Assembly (NCBI GenBank): GCA_036172245.1
Contig: JAYWIR010000009.1
Location: 3,162,001-3,226,000, forward strand
Origin: Raillietiella orientalis
Lineage: Eukaryota
Direction: 5' to 3'
Length of the DNA stretch: 64,000 nucleotides
In this document: piece after piece, positions 47,210-60,900 of the stretch
Layout: the number at the start of each line of letters is the position of its first letter
How positions within the stretch are numbered: position 1 is the first letter of the stretch
Notes under the pieces: generated by a model
Database searches by the model: none
Told to the model about the DNA's origin: nothing
Seen by the model: only the letters and a program-made list of their open reading frames with translations
Position numbers and translations under genes: made by a program

Positions 47210-50200
47210 CTGCTCGAAAACAGGTCCTCCGGCGGTTGAGCAGGGGATCCTCGGAATTTCTCGCGGTGCCTTTCCGCTCCTGCAGAAGGGAAGCGGAGGA
47301 GGGCGGACCGCGGGAAGGACCGGAACGCGGAAGAGTCCCCCGACCGGGTGCTACCCGCAGGGCGGAGCCGCGAGCGACTTCTTCCCCCTCCTCCCGCTCG
47401 TGTCGGCGGTGCGGCTCCTGAGTACGAAGCGGCGGTGGAGCTTCGCTTCTTTTTCTCTCTGCCTGAGGCGTCGCAGGAAAGGGGAAGGGCAGCCACCGTT
47501 TGCGCGCGTGTAACCTCATCGCCGGTGGAAATGTAATTCCCCGCAGTCCCTCTCCCGTCCTCTAAGGGGTCACCCGGGCCCGAAAGAACTAGCAGGGGGA
47601 GGAGGAGGAAAGAGGGGGGGACGGGGAAGAGGTGCAGGTCTCCGATTCTGTGCCTCCCTTCCGGCCATGGTCGCCTCCGCATGCGCGCTCCCGTAAGAGG
47701 GAGACATAAGGCATCCGCTCCTCTCTCCGGAGAGCCCGAAGATGGATGTCGGTTTCCTCCCTTCCTGCTTGTCCGGCAGCGAGTTCTCCACGAGGTCTGT
47801 CCGGAGGGGAGTAGGATAAGCCGCGCGGCGGTGGCGAAGAGGGGCATCCGGGATGGAAGGAGGACGAAGAGGGGGGAACGAGAGCGTGCCTTGCCGGGTG
47901 ATCTCTCGGGCATCCCTCCTCCCCCTCTGCTCATCGAGGCAGCCGAAGAGAACAGAACCGTCAGCGCGCGCGCGCTCGTCACACTCGATTTCCCTCTTTT
48001 CCGTGAGATCCTCCCCTGCAGCAGCAGCAGCAACAGAAGCAGAGGCGGGCTCCATCCGTGCGGGAGGCGGCGACGAAACGGGCGCCCGCCCAGCACCCCG
48101 GGGGGATTAACCGGGACGTCCGCGAGAGTCATTATCGATCCAGGGAGGAACGCAAATCCCCCGAAAAATTTCATCAGCGCTGCTCCCCGATTTTCCACCC
48201 CACTCCTGCCAAGAGTACCGAGCACAAAGCGTCTGAAGACTTTTCGATTTTCCGTCGTCGCGCACCAATCATCATCATCAGTCACCGGTTTCCATGGAAT
48301 CGGGGAAGAGAACGAGAGCAGAGAGAGGGAGGGAGAGAAAAAGACATGGACAGAAGAATCGCGATCATCCCGTGTCTTCCCTGGGCTGCTCCGCGCGTTT
48401 CCCAAGTAGCGCGGGGCCTAATGATAAGTCGGCGTTATTTATCCAGCCGACACCAATAAGGGTCCGTGATTTATTGGCTCTTTAATCTTTGTCATGTCCC
48501 GCTTTCTTTTCCCGATTGCTGCTTCCGGAGAAACCAAGAACGCCGGCCGCTAATCGAGCCTGTCTGATCGAGAACGCGGCTGCTGCTGTTGTTGTTGTTG
48601 CTGCTGCTGCTGCAAGAGACGCGGGGAGATGGAAGGGGGGAAAGGGGGGAGGGAAAGAAGGGACATGCGCGCGAGAGGAGGGAACACGCAGAGAAGGATG
48701 GCCAGTGCTGTTCTTCGAGCCGCTTCAGTCGTGCGAACGGTCCGAGATGGAACCACAACGCAGAGGCGACAGCGACAAGGACGAAACGCAAGTGCCTGCT
48801 GGCTGCTCCTCCTCTCCCTCATCATCGGCATGAAAGTAATGTCCAAGTAGGAAAGTATGGAAGATCAAGAGGGAAAGGGGGGGAGAAGAGCTAATATGCC
48901 CCTCTTCCCCAGCCTTCCCATCCCGGGTGGCAACAGGGTGCTCCTTTCCTCGAGTTGGCTCTGCGCGCTCTCTGGCTGAGCGGATGGGTATTCCCCCCCC
49001 CCCTTCTCTCTTCCCCATGTCCCAACGCACCCTCTCGGAAGTCCTCCCCGGGGGAAGGAGAAAAGGAATCAGGCAGTTACCGAGCGGGAGGGAGGCGTGC
49101 CTGGGAACTGTTCGGGAACGAAGAGCGCGCCCTCGAGGCGACCACACTGCTGGAAGCTGGGGAGGATTACAACGTGATTTGCAGCGATACTGATGTAGCG
49201 CAATGAGCGATTGATTGTAAACATCTTCCGCTACAAAAGAAACCGGTCGTTAGGTAACGCGCCTGGAGTCGTCGGAAGTATCTTAGTTTGGAGACGTGTC
49301 AAAACATGGGTAGCGCGGTTACTGTCTAGGCAACGAGTTGCCTTTTGTTCGGCAGCGAGTTGCAAGCTTGACAAAACATACGTACACAATTCGAATGTAT
49401 TTGGAACAAAAAGGTCGGAAAGAATGTCTCATGTTTCAAGGATTTCATTACTGCTTTACGTTATACAAGGGAACAAAGCGTAAAATTCCAACATGGCTAC
49501 TATCGTTTTCCCACGCTTATCTATTCCTAGATTTGAAGGCTTGCTATTTGCCCCTCTTTGGCTTAATTTAATCGGCCAACGAGCGCCATATCGTTCAACG
49601 AGAGGGCTTTCGAATCGCCGTCATGAACTCACGGCAAAAAGTTTCCTCCTTGCTCGCTCTGATGCGCTCTTACCCACGAGAATGAATGATTAGGAAAAAT
49701 GGAATCACAACTGCCAGACGCTCCCACATGAAATCCGACGATTCCCAATACTTTCCTCCGGGTCGTTCTGGCAAAAGCAAATAAATGAACCCAGCTGGCA
49801 AAATGCGCGCGCGAAACTGTAAGCGAGCAAAAATACGGGCTCCTGAAGAGGATGCCTTGGGCCGGAGGTAGTTCAGCAATTGAGTATCATGTGGATCCTC
49901 GACAAGGGCAAAAAGAAAAACCTTTTAAAGAGCAAACTTTCGATAGGACACGTGACGCCAGCTTGCCGTCACAGACTGCCCTCAAACAAAGAAACGAACA
50001 CCAAACTTGGCGGTCGACAACAATTGAGTGCCTCACCCCGGCGCTTGCGACGCGCCATTTCAGCCTACGAAACGAAACGTCGGATAGGCATTGTTGCGCG
50101 GTAATTATAGATAAGAGAGGGGGCGCGCGCGAGGATACGCGAAAAGGTTCGGCGGGCGATCGAGAGCGAGCGAGCCGACCCCGTAAAATCTGAAAATCGG

Positions 50201-51339
50201 AAACGAATCGACCGGTTTCGTCACGATGGGTAACACAGGCTGTTGCTTGCACGCGAAGTCTGCCGTCATTAGAGTGGAACCCGAGTCCGATGCGGACTGA
50301 GATACGTGGATTACATTCAGGGAACCCACACGCCTGAAATTAGTGTCATGTAATCGGCAAACAGCGGCGTGTCGTTTAGCTGGAGAGCCTCGAAATCACA
50401 ATCAGAATGACCGCAAAATGCGCTTATAATACGCTTCGTTAGTAACAAGCACTTATTCTGATACTGCACTGATCTGCTGTGATCGTACGCCAAACCTTCT
50501 CTCTCTCTCTCTCGAAAAAAATAAAGTAAAATAAAATAAAACACACACGCAGACACGAATGGATGAATTTTTCATCATCCGGCGCTCATTGAACGGTCAG
50601 TCTTGTCGAGAGCCGACAAACTAGCAAATGCGAACGAATGTTTTTACTGGTATGGGAAGCGAACGCAGATCGAATTTACGGTAATGACGACTGTTATGTG
50701 TCTTTCAGGATTTTCAAATTGTCTTTTTATAACGAAGGGGGAAAAAAAAAACGGATGAATGAGGCAGTCCTCCAGAGGATACTCCCATAGATCTTCCGAA
50801 GATCATGTTACATTGTGATTGCGTAACGTCTTTACATGAAGGAAATTTTTTTTATGGGAAAATATGGAAATACAATAGCGTGCCCACTTTGCAGATGCTT
50901 ATCGTGTTTTCTCTGCTGTTTCGCTGTCAGGCTGAATCGGCTAAGGCCAGCTCGATGTTTCTCTCTGTGACTTAAAAGCTGGCGGAAAGGAAAATCCCGT
51001 TTTCAGTGGTTCCGCTTATTTGCACGGAGGATGGAGTAGCAGGATTCCATCTTTTTCGGGAACCGCTCGCCATGTTCCGCCTTGACTTCAGAGTGCGTCG
51101 TGTTGGCCAGTCGCGAAAGCCTGAAAACACGCAGGTGAAACGATAGGTTGCCCAAGATGCTTGTGTGGGGACGAGCTCTTGGCACCTTTCGCTGCGGAAA
51201 CCCAATCTCTTTGGCCGCGCTTGGTTCGATGTCGCTGTCCAGTCTTCTGAAGGTCTGCTTTTCCTCGGTCTTTGGAAGCGTCGGAGGTGTTCGCTCGCAC
51301 GACCCGCCGCTCTCAGGAAGACGACTCGTTTGACGCGCA

Positions 51340-51910
51340 GAAGATGGGTTCGGGAATCCAGAGCACCTTTGTGAGTGTCCGTGTGATTTCGGCTTGGTGT
51401 GGACGTGGACCGCTTCGCGTGCACGTTGCTGTGATTCCTTTGCACATCCGCGCGGACTTTCCTTGTCGAATCTGCAGTCACAGCGCCAGGTTATTCATCC
51501 TCCGTGGACACGGACATGGCTTTGTTGAAGGCGCGCGACCTCGAGTCGACACCGCTTATGCCGAGCTTTGTACGTCGTTTCTCCCTCTTTCCCGAAGGCA
51601 GAGAAGACCAGCATGGGGTCACCTGTCCCGCCTCTGGTCCCGATGGGAAGGAACGCGGGCGGACCGCTCTCCATGACAAGTCGCTGCTGTCGCTCTCGAG
51701 AGCGACCGAGAAAGCGCGGAGTGATGCGAGTTCCCTCGCGGTCTTCCTCGCCTGTGGTCTGCCGCAGGACCTGCTCTTCCGCTTGGACCAATGCGGTGTG
51801 ACCACGTGACGGTCTCTCGTGCGTGCAGGGAGCTTCGAGAGCGGCGCGGCTTTCACTTCAGCCCCAGCACACCCGTCCCTGGTGCTCTCGCCCTCGCTGG
51901 CCCGCGGCGT
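51340..51910 (+). pseudogene. Probable fossil trypsin-like serine protease
   Basis: PGYSSSVDTDMALLK (catalytic-Asp motif), FVRRFSL, GVTCPASG, LACGLPQ..DQCG..SLV and PGAL appear in S1 protease order; His and Ser motifs are destroyed. Confidence 0.4.
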
Positions 51911-54900
51911 GGTGACTCATCCGATCGGCTCATCGGACGGTCCGTCGATGGTGCGCGGACGTCCGTCCGCCGTTTTCGCGCCAACAGAGAGAGCAGGGAA
52001 GGAGGGGGAGGAGGAATCTTACGACAACGTCCTTCCATGCGCTTCCGGGCGAAGGCGACGCTGCGTCCCTCGTCGACTGCCGGTGAGGGGGAGATGCTCT
52101 CGAAGTCAGCCGTGGGTGCGCGCAACCCACGATCCACCCCAAAACCCTTCTCCCCCTCCACTCATGCAAACAGAGGGTCCCATCTTCCTGGGCCATTGCG
52201 AACCTGGGAAATTCCCTCCCCTTCTGGAAGGGAAGACAGTCTCCTCGACGACGGACGCGTCCGTTCCCGGACCGCAGAGGCGCCGGATGCGACGTTCGCA
52301 GGTTCCAGCGGTCGGTTCGCTCCCCCTCCCCGGCCTTGAGACCAATGGCTCTATCCTCTGCTCTTTTTCCTTTCTCCTCCTCCCCTCCCGTTCCCTCTTC
52401 GCTCCCTCCCCCTTCGTGCTCCTCCTCCTCCTCCTCTCCTGCGTCAATGTCCTGGAGAGAAAGTTGGTGCCCATGGTGTGGACGTGCCAAGGTGCGATGC
52501 TTCCGCAAAGACATGACCCTGAGACAGCCTGCGCTCTGCCCTGCTGTCCCCTCTAGCGGCTGTTCCCAGCATCCGGCGACCGCTCGCCGCCGCAGCGAGG
52601 TTGTGGATCTCCGGACAGGGAAGGAAAGGGGGGAGGGAGGAAGCTGCTCTCGGCAACCTCTGCTGAGCTGCCGACGGGGCACTCGCCAGTGCCAACCTCT
52701 CTGTAGCCTTGGCCTCCGCCCTTCAGCTGTCGAGGGGTGGGGGTGCCTCGGGGCCGAACGCCCTGCGGCCGAGGAGCGAAACGGGCGCCCTCCGAGAACG
52801 GAGAACTGCAGGTTCTCGGGGGAGAGGAGACCGGGCCTCGCGCCGTTGCCGCAGCAAAGGGCCGCGGACTTCGAGACTCTCCCGTCCATCGTCACAGAGA
52901 TCCCGGAATTCGACGCAGCCCGGGCGATCCTGGGGCCGCGTTGAACCTGGAAGATGAGGCACTCCGGCTCCCGAATATGCAGACTGCGGCGGCATGTCAG
53001 ACCCCGGACTTTCTCGGACGGGTGGAGGAAGCGACTCCGCCCTCCCAGAGTGCGCACGGGTTCTTCTCCTCCTCCTCCTCTTTCTTCCTACGTCTCGTCT
53101 CGAAGAGTTCGGCATCTTTGCGGAGTTCCTCCCTGAGCTGTGGTTTCCGTGGTGGGAGAAACCGGCCGTCGGGACGTCAGCGCGATGCGCGCTTTCACGG
53201 GAAGGAGAGGGGAGGCCACGGTGCTGGCGGGCCACGGCTGCGCCTCCACGCTGCAGGAGCACCGGGAAGGGAGGAGGCAGGAGCAAGTCCGGTCGCCGCC
53301 TCTGTCGCTCGGCAACCATGGTGGCGGCGTCCCGCCTCTTACAACCCCTTCTTCGACGCCATGCCCCCTGGGGAGGGGGGAACTCCTCCTCCCCGAGGGA
53401 CGGCGCAGCGGATGGAGGCACACCAAGGGTCCCCCACCCTCACCCACGATCAGCGCCCCCGACGGAACTGCTCATCCTCACAAGGCCAGTGGAGCGGGTC
53501 TTCGCCGGCATGAGAGCGATGCTTCCCGTCCTGCGAAACTAGCGGGATCGAAGGAGTGTCGGGTTGCCCAAGGACGATGGCCATCGCGGACGAGGAAGAA
53601 GGAAAGCCGGGAGCACGGAGGAGGAGGAGTCGGACAGCGCCGAGGGCGCCAACAGCTGAAGGACTGCAGTGAGCCGCCCGTCTTCCTTTCGGGGTGAGAG
53701 ATGACGGAGCCCCGCATCCCAGCATCCTCTCCGGGTGGCCCCTCTCCTTATTTCGTGAGTGAGGGAGTCCCAGCGGCTCCAGGACACCTTTACGCGGTGT
53801 TCTGCAGACGCCCGCCGAGGACTGGAGTGCGGCCGGAGGTATGGGGGAAAGGCACGAAGACTAGGTAGAGAGAATGGGGGAAGAAGGATGGGGCAGGGGA
53901 GATGATGCGGACGAGGACGAGTAGAAGGAGATTATGGCGAGGAAAACGAAGAAGAGGAGCATGGGAGTGAGGAAAATAAAGATGAGGAGGAGGAAAGGAG
54001 GGAGGGAGGGGGAAAGGAAGAGCAAGGAAGACGAAGGAGCGCTTCCGGCAAGCGGGAGGAAGTAGGGAAAATGGTGTCGCTAGGGGCACCACGCTCTTGG
54101 AGCCCCCGGCGGCCGACTGGAGTATTCATCTGGACCGGCGCTCCCCGTGATATCCGTCTGGGTGGTCCCCGGAGAGCGCCGTCGGGAAGGATGCGCCACG
54201 AGGGAGGCCGCCGTCGGCGCGTGTCCCGGCAACGGCGTCCATCACGCGGGGCTCCTTCCTGCTGCGGGTGCCGACGCCGGCGGACGGCGAAGGGGAGGAG
54301 GAAGTGGAGCGAAAGAACCGCGCGTGGACGGAGAGGTCCGCGTCGGCGGGCCTTCCGGGTGTCCGCGCGGTCGGATTTCCCTCTTCCTCCCCCCCTTTCC
54401 CCCTTTTTTGCTTTTTTGGAGGGAAACCGGGCGAAAGGAGGGATAGAAGAGGGAAAGTAGGGGGAAAGGAGGAGAGGAATGAATGGGGTGCGGGGCGCCG
54501 TCCGTCAGGCCGGACCCCGCGGCACGCGCCAGGTTGCCGCCGAGGAGGAAAAAAAGGGCGAAGGGGGGGAGGGAGAGCGCTGGACCTGCCCTCCCCTCCC
54601 CCTTCGCGCCCCTACGGGTTTCCGCGGGAACGGAAAGGGAAATTTCGGGTTTCCGGGACGCGGCGGGAGCGCGCGCGAGCGAGCAAGGGGTCCGCTGTAG
54701 GCATTCGCGACCTCCGGAGGCTTGCGGGGGCGTTAGTAGGGAAGGGGCAGAGGAAGTGGAAGAGCGTCATCTTTGGATCTCCCGCGCGCCCTCGGGTCGC
54801 CTCCTGGGGGTCGGCCGCGCCACACCCTCGGACCCTGGGAAGCCTTCCGGTTGAGGGAGTGGCTGTGGCGGGTTCCGGTGGAGCGCTGCGACCTCTCCGG

Positions 54901-57900
54901 AGGCTCCTCCTCCCTACCTTCCGCCTCGCGGACCTTCTGGTTCCGCGCCTGGGGCTTCCACGCAGGGCGCTCGCTGCCTACCTCCCCCCCTGCTTTGCCT
55001 GCAGGGCAAGGGGCGCTCTGCCCCTCACGGGGCCTTCCGACCCTTTGCCTCCGGCGCAGCGGTGACCCTTGTACGGCCAGGGAGCGCGGGTGGAATGGCC
55101 GAGAGGGTGCCTGGGGAACGACCGTCTCCGGGTTACCGCAGGAAGAGGGGAAGCGGGTGAACCTCGCCCCTCTTTGCCATGGCAACGACCTCGCACCTCC
55201 TCGCTGCCTTTGGCTCAGCTCTCCTTCTGCGCGAACGAGCCCTTCCTCCACCTTTCCTGCCCTCCCTCCGTCTCCACGGCGACGAGCGGGTCGCCGGGCT
55301 CCCTCCCTTTCCCGGGCACGTGGGCGGACGAAACCGGACTAGGAATCCGTCGTCCTCTCCTTGAAGTTCGGGAAGGGCAATGGTGATCGGAAGCACGTGC
55401 GCGCGTGGCCGGTTGAGCAGGGCTGGTGGGTCTCGGGGAGGAGTCAGGTCAGAGATGACCAGTGGCTTTTCCTCGAGTGCGCACGCGCTAGGCACAGACT
55501 GTGAGGAACGTGCATTCTGCAGCGTTCCCAGTCGCCTACGGAGACAGATACGTTCTTGAAGACCCTCCGCCAGGGATCGTTGTTTCCGAGCAGTGCCGCG
55601 TGCGCGCGCCCTGCTTCTCCGTGGCAACGCCCTGCCCGGAGGGAGGAGACAGGGATTTCCCTCCACACTGCCTCTTGGCGGATGCGCCGGCAGGCCGATC
55701 TCGCGGGCGCGTTCGAGACCACCATGGGCGTCCAATCACTTGCCCGAGGTCGACGCGGTGCTCAGGGTACGAGAAGAGGCGCAGCCACGGAGAGATCCCA
55801 GGAGAGGGCACCCTGAGAGCTGCACGCATGAGACCCCCCTTTCTTCCTCATCCTCTTCCCTCTATTTCTCCTTCTCCTCTTCTTCCTTCCTCCCTCCCTT
55901 CGTCATCCTCCTCCCTTTCTGCCTTCCTCTTCCTCTTTCTCTTCCCTTCCTCCTTTCCCTCCCTTCTCTTCCCCCTCCTGCTCAAACAGTCAGGCACTTC
56001 TTCAGCTCCGTCGCTCTTGCCAAACGCCTAACCTCTCCAGAAGCTGCGATCGCCAACTTGGAAGATGCTGTCCCCTCCTCCTCTGTTCTTTCTCTTCTCA
56101 TCCTCCTTTTTCCTCCTTCCTTCCTCTTCTAGTGTTCTTCCTCTTCCAATCCCTTTATCCACATCATCTTCCTCATCCTCACTATCCTCCTCCTCCTCCT
56201 CCGTGCCTTTCGTAGTCTCTCCCCGACGCACTCGGCTAGCACTCCGGGAGGCGCGAGGTGTTCCCCTCCCCCTCCCTCTTTTTTTGCTTTCCCGCCCAAC
56301 ATGCGCGCCGGACAGTGGACGGCGGCGGGAGCGCCAGTCGCCAGCCGTTTGGTCCCCGAGCAACCCAACGCGATGCGACCGGAGCAGCCCCGCCCGCTGC
56401 GGACGCGGCGATTTTTCGAAACCGGAAGCGACAGCAGGGAGGTCGCCCTCTCCCGCAGCGACTCCGCTCCCTCCCTCCCTTCCTCCCACCCCCGAACGGT
56501 GGACCTCTTAATTGATCATTCCGAAATCGCTGTTTCGAGAGCGTCACGGACGCTTAGCAACCGCGCGTCTCCCGCTTAAAGATCCGGAAGACAGCCGGAA
56601 CGCGGTGGCGTGCAGCCTGGCAACGGTTTTTCGAAAGGGGGAGCGAAGGGTGGGGAGAGGGAGGGAGGCTGCGAGCGCTCCATCAGCTGCCTTGGACGCA
56701 GGCACTCGCCGAAGTGCCCGGGAAAGAAGGACCTCCTCGCGAAGGCTGGTCGACGCTTCCTCCTCCCGTTGCCTCGCGGTGGGGTTCGCCCACCAGGCCC
56801 TCGTCGGTGGTTCCTTTCCCCACCGCGAGAGGCGTGGCTATCGGAGGAACGATTGGGCGCGTCGGTGCGGAGAGCGGAGAACGTGCGCGGCGTGCCACCT
56901 GTCCATCCGTGAGCAGCAGAATCCAGGACGGGGTTGGTCCAGAGCGCCCTCGTCCGCCTCCCCAATGGATAGCTTCTGAAAGTCGGCGACTCGGCGCAAC
57001 TCACGGAGCCCTCTCAGCGCTGAACCTCCCTCTCTGGCCCGTGGATCATCACCCTGTTTCTGAGACGGGTGGCACCCCAGCAGGAGGAAGAACAGAAGAA
57101 GGGGAAAGGAAAGGAGGAGGAGGAGGAGAAAGGGTAGAGGAAAGAGAGGATGAAGAAGGGAGGAGGAGGAGAAAAGGGAGAAGAGAGGAAAAGGAAAAGT
57201 GCTGAGGGTTCAGGGTTTTCGATCCAGAGTTTCGGCTCCCATGGGTTCCTCCCACTGTCTCCTCTTCTGCCAGTTCTTGAGTCACCGCAGGGTGGCCTCC
57301 GTCCTTCCCCATGACTCCCCTAGAGCTTGGCAGCCTCTCCGGCGTAAACTGGAAGCAGCAGCTGCCTGGAGCGCTCCGTCGTCCGGCTGTGGTCGTGAGC
57401 CAGTGGCCCCCGTTGCTGGATGCGGAAGCTTCGAGAGACTGAGGCTCGAGGGTTGCCCCTACCGCCCTCATGGCAGCTCGGAAGTCTTCCCCTCCGGGCC
57501 AGAACGAGGAGGTCGGAACGCGGCGTTCATCGGCCCCGAAGTGCAGAGCAGGCAGAGTCTCGGAGGTGGCTAAGTGGACTCCAAGGGTCGTTGATGCACC
57601 TGAGGGAAGAGGAGTTTTCCCTTCGGGTGGCGCGAAGGGTGGCGGACGAATCTGCCTCGGCTGCCGTCGGTACGACGGGGGAGGGGAAGAAGGAAGGCCT
57701 CTAGGAAGAGGGTGGGCTGGAGGAGCAGGGAAGGGAGCTGGGCCGCTTCTCGCGCGGCTCCGTCCCGTCCCCACGCTTCACTCAGGGTTCGTTCCTGGAG
57801 TTCCTGTTCCAACCTCCCCTCCCTCGCTGCCATTGTTCGCATCCAACGGGAGCAGGAAAACAGGACGATTAGGCTGCGGAATCGGTTGCCCTTAGGAACG

Positions 57901-60900
57901 GCCACCGTGGAAACGGCCACTCACGTCAGCAATAAAGCGTCGCTTGCCGGGAGTTATGAAGGCGCTAAGCGGGCGGCGGGCGGGCACGGATAATCCCGCG
58001 GAATGCGCTCTTGATACAGTTTCTCCGGCTCCCCGCATCCCATTGTTGGGAGGAACGATTAGCCGATCGTAAAAGCCAAAAAAAAGAGAAGAGGATCTTT
58101 TGTGCTCCCGTCTCGCGGGATGCGAAGATGCGCCTCGCCGGTAGTAATCGCCCAGCTTCAGATTTACTGGACCGCGCTTTTATCTTCCTTTTCTTTTTTT
58201 ATTATTGCTGTTATCCTTCTGGGGGAGGAGGCTGCCGTCGATCACAAAGTAACCTTTGGACCTTTCTCGGTTCCATCCTTCCTGCTTCCTCGTTTTCCTC
58301 CGCCGTCCTTCGATCAGGGTGCTGTCCAGAAAGGGGGACGACGGGAGTGAACTCACGACGAAGAAGGGAGGAGGAGGAAAGGAAGAAGGGAAAGAGGAAG
58401 GAAAGGAAGAGGAGGAAAACAACGACGAGGAAGTTAGGGGGTAGGAAAAGCAAGAGGGGGAAAGGAAGAGCGGAAGAAAAGAGGGGAGCAGAGCAAGGGA
58501 AGCAGGAAGCGAGGACCTGGAAGAAGGGTGGTTGCTGGCGCCCTCCTCTGGTTCTGCCTTGAAGGAGCTTCGCAGCAACCTTCAGCTGCTCCTTCCTCCT
58601 GCATGCCCCAAGGAGGAAGCGCTGCTGAGCTCGGAAGCTGCGGTAGGTTCACGGACGTTCAAGGTTCCAGAAATCGCAATGGAAGATCGCTCTTGGGGAT
58701 CAGGGCAAGTAGGTGCAGCGAGAAAATGCCACTGGGGACCGAGCATTCCCTTCCTGTGCTCTGGTGAGTCTGGGTTCCTCCAAAGGGCGCGCAACCGCGA
58801 GAAAACGCGCTCCTGGGCAGCTCGACTCGTACGGTCCTGGGGGAAGGACATAGGGGCACTTCGAAGGACTCAAGGAGGTGCCAGCAGGGCGCGGCAAGGA
58901 GCATGCACTCTGACGCAGAGAAACCCTCTTCTTCGCTGCTCCTCTCCTTCTTCCCTTCATCCTCCTCCCCCCTTCTTCTTCCTTCCTTCTCCTTCTTCTC
59001 TTTACTCCCTTCCTCCTCCTTCCCTTGATCCTGTGGCTCGGAGGCAGACAAGTGGACTGGTACAGGAGGCCAGCAGAAGGGAGGAACAGGCATCATCATC
59101 AGCCTTGCTGTGCCAGCGCTGTGCTGCGGAGGCAGACGGATGGCCGCGCTCGATGCATGGAAGGAAGGGGATCTCCGGGACAGAAGGATTCCCACCATTC
59201 CCTCCTCTCCATATTCCCCCTCTTCCATCCTACCTCCCCCTCCTCCTCCTTCATCCCTGTCCTCTTCCCCCCCCTCTTCAGTCTCTTCTTGTTCCTCCTC
59301 CTCCTTCATCATTCTTCCTTCCCCTCCCTGCCTGCTTCGACGAGCAGCTCCAGGCGGTATTCCTGAGAGACCACCGCACCACCGCACGCCTCACCGAGGG
59401 GTGACTCATTCAAGGCAGCAGCGCCCGGGACCGCGCGTAAGAATGCGAAAGGGTGATGATGGAAGGGGTTCCACGTCCCTGCACGAGTGATCAGCACAAT
59501 GGCTTCCCTATTCCCGGATCCTCTGCTCCTGAGTCTTGCCTGGCCCATGCCCACGCAAGACACAGGAACGTTCCAGACTCTCTCTCTCTCCCCGATTCTT
59601 CCGGGAAGAGGGGAGCGGAAGTGCTGCGGGCGACACTCGAGCGGCTCCTTCCTGGTGCCCAGGGCTGGAGGGCACCTCTTGGATCGCCCAGCTGCCGCCG
59701 CCGCACAATGCTTCCGGCTCTGCCCGGTGAGGTCCGGAGGTCCAGGTTTGAGGCGGACGTCTTCTTTCCAGAGAGTCCCCGAGAGAGAGAAGGGGGGAGC
59801 AGGGATGGGAAGGGTGCAGGAGCATCAGACAGTGCGTGGGGGGGGGGGGGGCAGGCGATGCTTCCGAGAGGGAAACAGGCCCGCGCGGTGTCCTCGCCGG
59901 CTAACAAATCCGAAGCCGCCCTCCCCGCAGCAAATTCCCCAGCACCCACGGAGGAGGGCCCACAATCAGAATAGATGCCCGCGCAGAATGGGGCCCCCAT
60001 CCGCGAAACGGGGAGTCAGGAGACGACGGCATGCCGCTAGTCCGCGTCCCACAGGATCGCTCTCTCCTCCCAATCACTCGGCCCCGAGATAAAGACGCGA
60101 TCGATATGCAAGCAATCGGAGATTGTAGTGTCACCCCATTGTGGACCGTCGCTCGCGTCACCCTCTCCCTGCTCCCCACCAAATCTCTGCGTCATCGACC
60201 CGGCCCGCGGGAAATAAACAAAACTGCGCAGCCCGCGCAATAAATCCCTCGCTTATGGCCGCGCGCCCGCGCGCCAGGCGTCCTCTCCTGTGGGTCCTTT
60301 TTTGTTCGCATGGGACGTCTCTGTCCTCGGTGACCCCTTTTCCTGCCATACATGCCTCTGCCGCCGCTGCCGCACATGCCCCAGGAAGGGTTAACGGCGG
60401 CGAGAATGCCGCCGTTACCATCGCGCATCCTGGGAAGCCGGGCACGGACCGCCGATGCTCTGGTCAACTTCCTCGGCGGGCAGAGGCGACGTAAGATGCC
60501 TCCAGGTGATTGCGTGCTGGGAAACAGAACGCGATCGTCCCAAAACAGCCTTCTCTTTCCTCCTGCCCGCCCTGCTCATACCTCATCCTCCTCACACCTC
60601 TCCTCCTTTTGCTCCTGCTCCTCCTACACTTCCCTTCCCCCCCCCCCCTCTCCTTCATCATGTGCCTTGGAGGCGGACAAGTAGTCTGAGTGCCTCTGGA
60701 CCGTCAATCCCGCGGACCGGCAAGGAAAGTAAACCGATCACCAGGCAGACGGCTTTTGTCCGGAGACTCTGCGGAAGGGCCGGTGAGAAGGCAGAGGGTC
60801 AGAAGCAGGGCGAACATCGCGGCGTCTCCTCCGAAGGTCGAACTGCCGCCAAGATACCCACGGGACGTGCCCTCTCACATGGGCCCTCGTAAGGTCCTCG

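Noticed and set aside
47110..48405. 431-aa minus-strand ORF
   Set aside because: Low complexity, crosses a microsatellite, non-ATG start, no family features
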